DNA from: Eledone cirrhosa
Lineage: Eukaryota
Reading direction: 5' to 3'
Length of the DNA: 64,000 bases
Assembly (NCBI GenBank): GCA_964016885.1
Contig: OZ024746.1
Coordinates: 54,064,001-54,128,000 of the forward strand
Both the position numbers and the translations under genes were made by a program. The notes below the pieces were generated by a model. That model did not search any database. It had not been told where the DNA came from and saw only the letters and a program-made list of their open reading frames with translations. The number at the start of each line of letters is the position of its first letter. Position 1 is the stretch's first letter. Shown here piece after piece: positions 28,396 through 41,062 of this stretch.

Positions 28396-31300
28396 ATAAA
28401 AACAAATAACGAAACGAAATTAAATTTCGTTTCGTTTGTAACTCACTTTTGTATGACTGACGCTTAAACAATTAAGTTAAAGATGTACATCCATATATGT
28501 ATACTGAAATACTAGTATGTATATGAATACACACACGTATACATATGTAGATGTACCAAGTTTTTTTTCACTGGTCACTTTACTGTGAGTGGCCAGCTAT
28601 TCTGTATGTAAACACACAGACAAACCGGTTTTTAGAGTCATACTGGTTTTTGAGGAAACACCTTTCCTCTATTCTCCAGAAAGCCAGACAAGGAATATTG
28701 AACTAGTTTCGTTGTTGTTACAACTCATCAGCAATATTTACCTATCTTCCGGCCTCTCTAGAGAATCGTAAAAGCACATATCGTTATATGCTTTTTCTAT
28801 GAAAATTAGTAGTGGGCAGACTAATCCGCACAGAGTGTGAGTAAGTACCGGTTCAACGGAGACGATAAAAACAAATAACGAAACGAAATTAAATTTCGTT
28901 TCGTTTGTAACTCACTTTTGTATGACTGACGCTTAAACAATTAAGTTAAAGATGTACATCCATATATGTATACTGAAATACTAGTATGTATATGAATACA
29001 CACACGTATACATATGTAGATGTACCAAGTTTTTTTCACTGGTCACTTTACTGTGAGTGGCCAGCTATTCTGTATGTAAACACACAGACAAACCGGTTTT
29101 TAGAGTCATACTGGTTTTTGAGGAAACACCTTTCCTCTATTCTCCAGAAAGCCAGACAAGGAATATTGAACTAGTTTCGTTGTTGTTACAACTCATCAGC
29201 AATATTTACCTATCTTCCGGCCTCTCTAGAGAATCGTAAAAGCACATATCGTTATATGCTTTTTCTATGAAAATTAGTAGTGGGCAGACTAATCCGCACA
29301 GAGTGTGAGTAAGTACCGGTTCAACGGAGACGATAAAAACAAATAACGAAACGAAATTAAATTTCGTTTCGTTTGTAACTCACTTTTGTATGACTGACGC
29401 TTAAACAATTAAGTTAAAGATGTACATCCATATATGTATACTGAAATACTAGTATGTATATGAATACACACACGTATACATATGTAGATGTACCAAGTTT
29501 TTTTCACTGGTCACTTTACTGTGAGTGGCCAGCTATTCTGTATGTAAACACACAGACAAACCGGTTTTTAGAGTCATACTGGTTTTTGAGGAAACACCTT
29601 TCCTCTATTCTCCAGAAAGCCAGACAAGGAATATTGAACTAGTTTCGTTGTTGTTACAACTCATCAGCAATATTTACCTATCTTCCGGCCTCTCTAGAGA
29701 ATCGTAAAAGCACATATCGTTATATGCTTTTTCTATGAAAATTAGTAGTGGGCAGACTAATCCGCACAGAGTGTGAGTAAGTACCGGTTCAACGGAGACG
29801 ATAAAAACAAATAACGAAACGAAATTAAATTTCGTTTCGTTTGTAACTCACTTTTGTATGACTGACGCTTAAACAATTAAGTTAAAGATGTACATCCATA
29901 TATGTATACTGAAATACTAGTATGTATATGAATACACACACGTATACATATGTAGATGTACCAAGTTTTTTTCACTGGTCACTTTACTGTGAGTGGCCAG
30001 CTATTCTGTATGTAAACACACAGACAAACCGGTTTTTAGAGTCATACTGGTTTTTGAGGAAACACCTTTCCTCTATTCTCCAGAAAGCCAGACAAGGAAT
30101 ATTGAACTAGTTTCGTTGTTGTTACAACTCATCAGCAATATTTACCTATCTTCCGGCCTCTCTAGAGAATCGTAAAAGCACATATCGTTATATGCTTTTT
30201 CTATGAAAATTAGTAGTGGGCAGACTAATCCGCACAGAGTGTGAGTAAGTACCGGTTCAACGGAGACGATAAAAACAAATAACGAAACGAAATTAAATTT
30301 CGTTTCGTTTGTAACTCACTTTTGTATGACTGACGCTTAAACAATTAAGTTAAAGATGTACATCCATATATGTATACTGAAATACTAGTATGTATATGAA
30401 TACACACACGTATACATATGTAGATGTACCAAGTTTTTTTCACTGGTCACTTTACTGTGAGTGGCCAGCTATTCTGTATGTAAACACACAGACAAACCGG
30501 TTTTTAGAGTCATACTGGTTTTTGAGGAAACACCTTTCCTCTATTCTCCAGAAAGCCAGACAAGGAATATTGAACTAGTTTCGTTGTTGTTACAACTCAT
30601 CAGCAATATTTACCTATCTTCCGGCCTCTCTAGAGAATCGTAAAAGCACATATCGTTATATGCTTTTTCTATGAAAATTAGTAGTGGGCAGACTAATCCG
30701 CACAGAGTGTGAGTAAGTACCGGTTCAACGGAGACGATAAAAACAAATAACGAAACGAAATTAAATTTCGTTTCGTTTGTAACTCACTTTTGTATGACTG
30801 ACGCTTAAACAATTAAGTTAAAGATGTACATCCATATATGTATACTGAAATACTAGTATGTATATGAATACACACACGTATACATATGTAGATGTACCAA
30901 GTTTTTTTCACTGGTCACTTTACTGTGAGTGGCCAGCTATTCTGTATGTAAACACACAGACAAACCGGTTTTTAGAGTCATACTGGTTTTTGAGGAAACA
31001 CCTTTCCTCTATTCTCCAGAAAGCCAGACAAGGAATATTGAACTAGTTTCGTTGTTGTTACAACTCATCAGCAATATTTACCTATCTTCCGGCCTCTCTA
31101 GAGAATCGTAAAAGCACATATCGTTATATGCTTTTTCTATGAAAATTAGTAGTGGGCAGACTAATCCGCACAGAGTGTGAGTAAGTACCGGTTCAACGGA
31201 GACGATAAAAACAAATAACGAAACGAAATTAAATTTCGTTTCGTTTGTAACTCACTTTTGTATGACTGACGCTTAAACAATTAAGTTAAAGATGTACATC

Positions 31301-32516
31301 CATATATGTATACTGAAATACTAGTATGTATATGAATACACACACGTATACATATGTAGATGTACCAAGTTTTTTTCACTGGTCACTTTACTGTGAGTGG
31401 CCAGCTATTCTGTATGTAAACACACAGACAAACCGGTTTTTAGAGTCATACTGGTTTTTGAGGAAACACCTTTCCTCTATTCTCCAGAAAGCCAGACAAG
31501 GAATATTGAACTAGTTTCGTTGTTGTTACAACTCATCAGCAATATTTACCTATCTTCCGGCCTCTCTAGAGAATCGTAAAAGCACATATCGTTATATGCT
31601 TTTTCTATGAAAATTAGTAGTGGGCAGACTAATCCGCACAGAGTGTGAGTAAGTACCGGTTCAACGGAGACGATAAAAACAAATAACGAAACGAAATTAA
31701 ATTTCGTTTCGTTTGTAACTCACTTTTGTATGACTGACGCTTAAACAATTAAGTTAAAGATGTACATCCATATATGTATACTGAAATACTAGTATGTATA
31801 TGAATACACACACGTATACATATGTAGATGTACCAAGTTTTTTTTCACTGGTCACTTTACTGTGAGTGGCCAGCTATTCTGTATGTAAACACACAGACAA
31901 ACCGGTTTTTAGAGTCATACTGGTTTTTGAGGAAACACCTTTCCTCTATTCTCCAGAAAGCCAGACAAGGAATATTGAACTAGTTTCGTTGTTGTTACAA
32001 CTCATCAGCAATATTTACCTATCTTCCGGCCTCTCTAGAGAATCGTAAAAGCACATATCGTTATATGCTTTTTCTATGAAAATTAGTAGTGGGCAGACTA
32101 ATCCGCACAGAGTGTGAGTAAGTACCGGTTCAACGGAGACGATAAAAACAAATAACGAAACGAAATTAAATTTCGTTTCGTTTGTAACTCACTTTTGTAT
32201 GACTGACGCTTAAACAATTAAGTTAAAGATGTACATCCATATATGTATACTGAAATACTAGTATGTATATGAATACACACACGTATACATATGTAGATGT
32301 ACCAAGTTTTTTTCACTGGTCACTTTACTGTGAGTGGCCAGCTATTCTGTATGTAAACACACAGACAAACCGGTTTTTAGAGTCATACTGGTTTTTGAGG
32401 AAACACCTTTCCTCTATTCTCCAGAAAGCCAGACAAGGAATATTGAACTAGTTTCGTTGTTGTTACAACTCATCAGCAATATTTACCTATCTTCCGGCCT
32501 CTCTAGAGAATCGTAA
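28396..32516 (-). repeat. 468-bp x ~8.8 tandem array, one type I hammerhead per unit (retrozyme-like family A)
   Basis: ORF track repeats every 468 bp. The only differences I noticed are one extra T in a poly-T run in units 1 and 8. HHRs start at 28694, 29162, 29630, 30098, 30566, 31034, 31502, 31971 and 32439 (45 nt each). Confidence 0.95.
28694..28738 (-). ncRNA. Type I hammerhead ribozyme (family A, first of 9 identical copies)
   Basis: Minus strand: AATATTG-CTGATGA-GTTGT aaca ACAAC-GAAA-CTAG-TT-CAATATT; 7-bp stem I, 5-bp stem II, ACTAGT palindromic stem III, GUU triplet; predicted cut between 28701 and 28700. Confidence 0.88.
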
Positions 32517-32679
32517 CTTATTTGTTTATTCATATATATATATACATATATATATATTTGTGTGTGTGTGTAGAGAGAGAGAAGGGGGTTAAACATATCG
32601 CATTTCTTGTAATTGGCTAAATCCAGCTACTGATAATACGATCTTATCCTTTCAAACACACATACACATACACACACAC

Positions 32680-32755
<76 letters not shown>

Positions 32756-32761
32756 CCCCCC

Positions 32762-32822
<61 letters not shown>

Positions 32823-32902
32823 GCGTGCGTAGCGCATTAGAATATACGTATAAATATGCATATAAAATAATTATACACACACTTACAGCCCCCCCCCCCC
32901 CC

Positions 32903-32933
<31 letters not shown>

Positions 32934-33017
32934 AAGGCGGCGAATTGGCAGACTCGTTAAGACGTCGGATAGAATGCTTTAAAGATAGGCATGGGATCTT
33001 TAGCCTTTATATATATA

Positions 33018-33203
33018 ATTGTTTCTATAATTGGCACAAGGCCAGCAATAACCACTACATTACTGGTACTTTATTTTATCGACCCCGTAAGGATGAAAGG
33101 CAAATTAAACCTTGGCGGGATTTGAACTCAGTCCGTAAAGGGACATAACTCTCTGCTGCAAAGCATGGCGTCCGACCCTCTATCGATACTGCCAATCCAC
33201 CGC
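33018..33203 (-). mobile_element. SINE family 1 copy
   Basis: Reverse-complement consensus match. Confidence 0.85.
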
Positions 33204-34667
33204 AAATCCTTTATATATCTAATATATATATACTAGCAGTTGTAACCGGTGGAAAATTTTATGAAAACATAACTGCATCTGTGGAAAATGTATTATTTGA
33301 ATCACAACACCTGTATTCAGTGTGTGCGCAGTCACTCTTCAGCTCTACTTGTATCATGTAACCCAGTACAATTTGAGCATGGTCGAGTTGGTGGTGACTA
33401 AACCAGCAAACCCACCAAGCTTGCCTAGTGAGGAGGGTGACTTTGGACCCCATGCAGGATGAAAAAAAAACCCGTGAAAGAGGGGAGTAACTCAACAGAG
33501 TCACCGGCCATGCAAAATATTTTTTTATGGAGCGAGAGGCTCCTAGTCTTCATTAAATCAACTGTCTAGGAGTAGGTCACTCTGATATAAAATCTGTGAC
33601 TTAATTTGCATCTAATGATGTAGACGAGTTTTTCTATTTGAGCAAATGCATTCGATGTTCAGAGATTGGGATTAGCCCCGTGCAAAGAATTTCCTCACTT
33701 ACAAAAGCCTCCAGCACAGGCCTCGCTTAATATCTGACATTTTATTGCGATGCATGGCATTGCTGGCCATAGGCAAGTCCCTAGCACGACTAAACAGCTA
33801 TGTCTGTGATGCTTAAGTATCGAGCGATGGCACTGCTTGAAATCGAGTTGCAGCAATCATGTATGCATACATACATGCATGTATGTATGTATGTATGTAT
33901 GTATGTATGTATGTATGTATGTATGTATGTATGTATGTATGTATGTATGTGTGTATGTATTTATGAATGCATTTATATATGTATATGTATATGTCTGGGT
34001 GCGTGTAAGTGTGTGTCGACGACTGATCTTGCAAGTAATAGTTCGGAAAATTGAGATCGATAACCCGAGTTTTAGATTGAAATAATTACTGGTATTGATA
34101 TGATCACTGAAAATAATTAACACGTTCGACTAGTATAACCGCATTTTAGTTTAACGAGTTAAATAAAACCAATCAATGAAAGAGCTGATTCATTTATATT
34201 GTTATTGTTCATTTCTTGATTTTATGTGTATATAATTAAAGCATCACTCCACATACGCAGACATAACCATGAACTGCTCGTTATTAGAGACACCGCGTGT
34301 CCTCAAAATCCTCAGCCCCTTCACCTGGGCCTCCCTCTCACTATCAACCTCACATGGTGAACCTACATCCTTAACATAGCTAGAAGTGTATCTGGAAGAC
34401 TGACTCTTCTCTTGAGAGACAGACATTACTTCAGCACTTAACAACATCTGATACTATGCACAATTCAAGTAAGATGCATTATAGCCTACTGTTTCCACTC
34501 TGTGACAGTGCTGATGTCACACTTAGACCACATCCAGCGAAAACGGTCACTTGTCCGATTGCCATGGAATCAGTAGCTCCAGCCTGTGACGCTCAGATGT
34601 TCTCTCTCATCTCTCTGCTTTCTTCTACTCCTACGATAAGTATCTCGTCTCCTTGACGCTAACTAAG

Positions 34668-34822
34668 ACACCATGCTTTCCAGCATAGTTACGTCCCTTT
34701 ACGATCTGAGTTCAAATCCCGCCGAGGTTGACTTTGCCTTTCATCCTTACCGGGTCGATAAAATAAAGTACCAGTAATGCACTGGATAATTGCTGGACTT
34801 GTGCCTAAAGTAGAAACAATTA
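34668..34822 (+). mobile_element. SINE family 1, 5'-truncated
   Basis: B box, core and tail present. Confidence 0.8.
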
Positions 34823-35068
34823 TTTTTATATATACGATTTGATGTGATTTTTGTAGTGGTTTGAGGATCAAGCAGATTGGAGTCTGGTCTGAGGTTTCAA
34901 CTGCTCGAGAAACATTTGTAACCAGGATCGAGCAATAAATCTCCTATGTAACACCTCCACATTGTCTTATTGTATACACTCTGCTCTCCAATGAGTGCTG
35001 ACATTGGTTCTCTCACCAGTTTTTTTCCGGATTTACCGAACTTTCTGGACACACATATATATATATAT

Positions 35069-35292
35069 AGTGGTTCCACAACAGTTAGTTCACCCTACCG
35101 AGAAAAAATGTTTCACCTTATTCGGATCCTCAGCCCGGTCTAAATGAAGTTGTACGAGCTGAGGATCCGAATAAAGTGAAACATTTGTTCTCGGTATGGT
35201 GAACCAACTGTTGTGGAACTACTTCTACCAAACTCGCTCCATGGACTGAGGGTTCTACTACTGCGGATATAACCGACCAGTTTTCTACTATT
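35069..35292. mobile_element. Fold-back HHR element family D (HHRs 35097-35139 minus, 35155-35193 plus); decayed reversed copy at 39715-39903
   Basis: Plus: CGAG-CTGAGGA-tccgaataaagt-GAAA-CATTTG-TT-CTCG. Minus: ACCGGG-CTGAGGA-tCCgaataaGGt-GAAA-catttt-TT-CTCGGT. ~70-bp inverted arms plus a tail. Confidence 0.7.
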
Positions 35293-35335
35293 AGACACAC
35301 ACACATTCATATATATATATATATATATATATATA

Positions 35336-35755
35336 GGAGGTGAGTTTTATTGTAGTACAATAAAACAATGCAGATATCGGATAAGTAGCACTCTACAGTT
35401 TGTAGAACTGGAGTATAAATAATAATATATAAGATCAAAAGATGGTTAAAAGAGTTCCATGTATTTTATTATGCGCATTTCACAAACAAATATCATCATG
35501 CAATAACATTTGCGTTTTCGTCAGATAAAATAGGGAGACATGATATGAAGGTTAAAACACACTTGTGAATAGTGGAGTTTTAAATGATATGTTGATTTAA
35601 AACTGCACTATTCACAAGTGTGTTTTAACCTTCATATCATGTCTCCCTATTTTATCTGACGAAAACGCAAATGTTATTGCATGATGATATTTGTTTTTGA
35701 AATGCGCATAATAAAATACATGGAACTCTTTTAACCATCTTTTGATCTTATATAT
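35336..35755. mobile_element. Fold-back HHR element family C copy 3, reversed (HHRs 35464-35530 minus, 35650-35716 plus; CTGACGA core)
   Basis: Tail first, then inverted arms; in (TA)n. Confidence 0.85.
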
Positions 35756-35758
35756 AAT

Positions 35759-35788
<30 letters not shown>

Positions 35789-35789
<1 letters not shown>

Positions 35790-36091
35790 AATCGCAGATT
35801 TCACCCTTAACGGGATCTTCTGAAACTAAAAAAATCAATCTCTGAACGCAGAAGTAAATATATATATATATATATATATTTACTTCTGCGTTCAGAGATT
35901 GATTTTTTTAGTTTCAGAAGATCCCGTTAAGGGCGAAATCTGCGATTCGTTGTTTAAACCTTAATCTGTTATTTTAATAAATATTTGCTCTAGGGTTCTT
36001 ATATATTTGATTAATATTTATCCTTATCGAGCCCTCTTTGGATTTTAGTCTTCAAATTTATTATTATTACTACATATATATATATATAAAA

Positions 36092-36146
<55 letters not shown>

Positions 36147-36280
36147 GATAACAGATTAAAGTTTAATTTAAGTAAAAGAATCGGTGCTTTTACCCATAAC
36201 GGGATCTTCTGAAACTGCTCTATTTGCTCTACGGTTTTTATATTTTCATATATATATTATCCTATCGAGCCCTCTTCGGA
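35789..36280. mobile_element. Family E element (CAGAAGA hammerhead-like motif), inverted around a (TA)n tract, plus a further partial copy
   Basis: ~70-bp arms 35789-35859 and 35879-35948; related copies at 39963-40027, 60690-60970 and 61097-61370. Confidence 0.7.
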
Positions 36281-36476
36281 TATATACACATATACAGACG
36301 TATGTGGATCTGTGTGTGCGCGCGAGAAAATTTGATAATTCGTGTATATCTCCATCGCACTAACATACTTAGTTACATACGTACATATATACATATAACA
36401 TAACCCTGATGTATTAACAGTGTTAACATTGCTAGAAAAAAGGTAAAGGAAGAGTGAACATGATAGAGAGAGAGGG

Positions 36477-36550
<74 letters not shown>

Positions 36551-37350
36551 TCTGAAGGAAGGCTGCAGGGAGGGAAATAATAATAAAAAGACGATTGTTA
36601 CATAAAAATGAAAGAGGAGTAGGATAAACGGACATAGAGAAAAAAAAAAGAAACTTTTTAGTAATATATATTAAGATATATGGTTGTGTGAGTGTGTTGG
36701 GTGTGTTGAATGTAAGTGTGCAGGAAATAGTCAGATGGAAAAGAATGGCACTAGGGCGTAAGTATAAAGAAGAAATCTGGCAGCTGTATATCTACACACA
36801 CAAATACAAACACACACACACACACATATATTTATATATACACGCATAGACAGGCATACACACACACATATACACATATACACACACACACACACATGCA
36901 CACGTACACACACATACACACGCACACAAACACACTCACACACATACACACATAAACACAGACACACAAACACACACACATACATACATACATACACACA
37001 CATACACATGCACACAAACAAACACACATACACGCAGATACGCACACATTTCCAAACATATACACATATGCGAACACAAAAATCATACATACACACAGAC
37101 ACTTACACATTTGCAAACATATGCACACACAGACATATATATATATATCCACTCATATATATATAAGCATAGTTACACAAGCATACAACTGAATATATAT
37201 ATAGATACATAGAAAGAGAGACAATTATTCTCACGCAGATACATATAAATATCTTTATATACATACAATTTTATTTACATGCATTCACATGCGTTAATAC
37301 GTGCATACATACATATACCGGCAGAATATAGGTCTCTCCTTCTCTCACTG

Positions 37351-37417
<67 letters not shown>

Positions 37418-37435
37418 TTACATATATATACGTAC

Positions 37436-37508
<73 letters not shown>

Positions 37509-37571
37509 CATATACACATATACATACACACATATATATATATATATATTTAGATATATGTTTATATATGT

Positions 37572-37628
<57 letters not shown>

Positions 37629-37707
37629 CATATACAGATGTGTGTGTGTGTATATATATATGTATACATATATATATAAATATACATATATGTGAGTGAG
37701 TGTGTAA

Positions 37708-37773
<66 letters not shown>

Positions 37774-37786
37774 GTATATAAATATG

Positions 37787-37825
<39 letters not shown>

Positions 37826-38183
37826 ATCTATATATATATATATATATATATACATACATACATATATATCAATTCAGCATTTCTGATATAAAGAGATGTA
37901 GTTAGTGAGGGTAACGATAACTTCGACTGAACGTCTGCCAAAATTGTAAGGGAGTATCAGAAATTCAGAAATTACTGTCGGACGCTTATAGAGGGCATAG
38001 ATAGTGGAAAGTTACCTAGAAAGGTCGGACATGCTACTCTGCCCTAGATAACAGAATCTCAGAGATGTTTGTACCTTACTTATAATATATCTAGAGCGCT
38101 ATTTAGAGACCCTCATTGCTCATCATACTGCCTTTGTATTCTCGTAGATATATTAGTTATATAAGCTCAATTAACATTCATCT

Positions 38184-38294
<111 letters not shown>

Positions 38295-38349
38295 CATTCA
38301 CATATATACATATATTCACATATGTTTATATATATATATGAATAAATAT

Positions 38350-38388
<39 letters not shown>

Positions 38389-38596
38389 CACATATTTATA
38401 TATATACGTTAAGAATTTCCGAAGGTAAAGCAAAGGAAAAAAGATTGCTCTATGTATAATACAGAGCTATTTAATTAGAAAGTAAACAACACAATATAAC
38501 TACTCCATTACCAAAGGTTTCACTGCATCTTAATACAGCGCACCTATGACAGACTGACGGCTAAGCTAAGTAAATATATATAAGTAAATATATATT

Positions 38597-38905
38597 AGAA
38601 ATGTAGTATATAGCATAAGATGTACCGAAGGACAATGTAGAGATAAGAATATAGGGTACATAGGTGAGACAGCTCGTATTATAGGAGAACGGATAAATGA
38701 ACACTGGCGAGAGCTTCAAGATAGAAAAGAATCATCTGTACTCCACCAACATGCTAAAATAGAACATAAGGGTAAATTAGAGAACATAGAAATGAAAATA
38801 GAATCTACACACAGAAAATACGCAATGTTTAGACAAATCACAGAGGCAATAAACATAAATAAACTCCAACCAAATTAAATAGAAAATATGAATGGAATAG
38901 CAAAA
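38597..38905 (+). pseudogene. Penelope-like element GIY-YIG endonuclease domain (5'-truncated element; absent from the ORF track)
   Basis: Frame from 38600: NVVYSIRCTEGQCRDKNIGYIGETARIIGERINEHWRELQDRKESSVLHQHAKIEHKGKLENIEMKIESTHRKYAMFRQITEAININKLQP, then a frameshift to LNRKYEW. Shows VVY..C..C..YIGET..R..EH..E..P.LN. Confidence 0.88.
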
Positions 38906-39122
38906 TCATAACTTACAATTAAGGACAAAATGAAAACACACAACCACATAGAACAAACAACCAACCAGTAAAATGTAAACAAACAAATAAATAAACAAAT
39001 ATAAACACACACAGACACCCGGATGTAACACATGCGCAAACTAAGCACACAAAACACACAAAAAACAAGATGGCGTAGGACAGAACAAAGGAGAGGCACA
39101 AAAACAAAGAAAAGAATCCCCA

Positions 39123-39165
39123 GTCACTGAAGAGGTCACAGAATGTGTGACGAAAAAACTTTGAC
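39123..39165 (+). ncRNA. Type I hammerhead in the PLE 3' pLTR (stem III decayed)
   Basis: GTCA-CTGAAGA-G-GTCAC agaatgt GTGAC-GAAA-aaac-TT-TGAC, ~220 nt downstream of the GIY-YIG domain. Confidence 0.7.
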
Positions 39166-39375
39166 AATATATGAACAACCGTCCCGTTGTGGAACCAACC
39201 AACCAATCGGAAATTTATAAATTCTTAAATTTATAAATTTAACTTATAATAAATTGGAGTGAAAGCAACTGGTGCGTGTGTTTCTTATTGGCAACATGAT
39301 CCTCCCAAAGCATAACAATATCGGTTTCAACACACGATTTCAGATAAACAATCTTGCTAAACAAATTCAGAAACG

Positions 39376-39419
<44 letters not shown>

Positions 39420-39458
39420 ATATTAAATAAATGGAAACTATATTTATAAAACCATTTT

Positions 39459-39520
39459 TATTCTATTATATATATTTCAAGGGTACCAACAATTTTGGTA
39501 CGCTATCATCAGATAAAATA
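39459..39520 (-). ncRNA. Type I hammerhead (related truncated copy 62781-62831 plus)
   Basis: TATTTTAT-CTGATGA-tagcGTACCAA aattg TTGGTAC cctt-GAAA-TATATA-TA-ATAGAATA; ATATATAT palindromic stem III. Confidence 0.7.
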
Positions 39521-39645
39521 CGAAGTGTGTTTTATAAATGTTGACATAACCAAGGATAATATACCTTAACGGTTCAAGTTATCCCTGGATAGTCTTATAA
39601 ACATTTATATTTGTTGAATTACCAACAAATTGAATATCCCTTCTG

Positions 39646-39717
<72 letters not shown>

Positions 39718-39901
39718 TAGAACACTGGAGGGTTATATCCGTAGTAGTAGACCACTCAGTCCATGGGTCGAGTTTGGTAGAAGTAGTTCCACAACAGTTA
39801 GTTCACCATACCGAGAAGAATTGTTTAACCTTGCTGATAATCCGAATAAGGTGAAGCAATTGATTTTTCTAGGTAGGGTGAACTAAGTGTTGTGGAACTA
39901 C

Positions 39902-39949
<48 letters not shown>

Positions 39950-40228
39950 GTATATATATATATAAGATCCCGTTAAGGGTGAAAGCAGCGATTCTTTGCT
40001 TAAACTTTAATCTGTTATTTTAATAAATATATATATATTTAACGAAGGAAGTATGGTAAGGAACCAGATGGACCACAACGCACCAGAATACTCAATACTT
40101 AGGGTAGTAGAGTGGGTAATAGGAAAAGAGTCAGGACCCAGACGGCAGATCTCAACCCGTTTCGTAGGCTATTTCTGGACTCCAGAAATAGACGTCGAAA
40201 CGGCTTGAGCTCTGCGTCGGTGTCTTGA

Positions 40229-40358
<130 letters not shown>

Positions 40359-40821
40359 CATGCAATAGGCAAACAGAAATAACCAAGCAAATGACACAGT
40401 ACAATGAAGAAACATATTAGTTTTACGCTTGGATGATAGTCTTCCACCAGGAAATGGAATGATAAATTAAAGAAGAAATAGAAAGATTTAGGAAATGGAC
40501 AGTTGTAGAAACAACGAAAACAAAAAAAACAACAGGTCTATTCTTGTCGCCATCTTTAGGAAAACTGTTGATATAGGCGTTTTGTGTACGATAAATTTGG
40601 TTTAAAAGTTGGCGTCAATCTGAAAGGTGTAAAACTGTGCGTTGCCTATATATGTTTGTGTGTGTATGTGTGTGTTTGTGTTTGTGTGTTGGTGTATGTG
40701 GGTGTTGGTGTGTCTGTGTGTTGGTGTGTGTTTCTGCTTTTAACTGTGATACAAAATGTTAATTTAATAAGGGTCATGCACACAAAGTCACATGTATCCT
40801 TCCAATCCCGATAGTGTAGAC

Positions 40822-41062
40822 CAGTCATGGGCAACCTGCGGCCCGCGAAGCTTTTTAAAAGTCACCTAAGTGAAATCTTTCTTATTTTTTTTTTACCCAA
40901 ACTTTTCAGTCATTTATTTTTACGATCAAGGAAAACAACGTGTACGAATTTTAAAGACACGAATCAAAACAACCTGAGTGACCATCCTTTTTTTTTTTTA
41001 TATGGGCACGAATGTAAATTAGCGCTTGCGGCCCGATTCTCGAAAAAGGTTACACATGCCTG
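40822..41062. mobile_element. hAT (Charlie-like) MITE
   Basis: TIRs CAGTCATGGGCAACC and GGTTACACATGCCTG; exact 8-bp TSD GTGTAGAC at 40814-40821 and 41063-41070; subterminal GCGGCCCG motifs. Confidence 0.88.

Noticed and set aside
28589-32516. Repeated 60-62 aa ORFs (MASYSVCK..., MYMNTHTY...) as a tandem gene array
   Set aside because: Short, overlapping, one broken by a poly-T indel, no recognisable motif, and not conserved in the homologous family B. The conserved feature is the minus-strand RNA fold.
34244-34656. Possible host exon (non-repetitive, more balanced composition)
   Set aside because: No recognisable protein motif or convincing splice pair; left unassigned.
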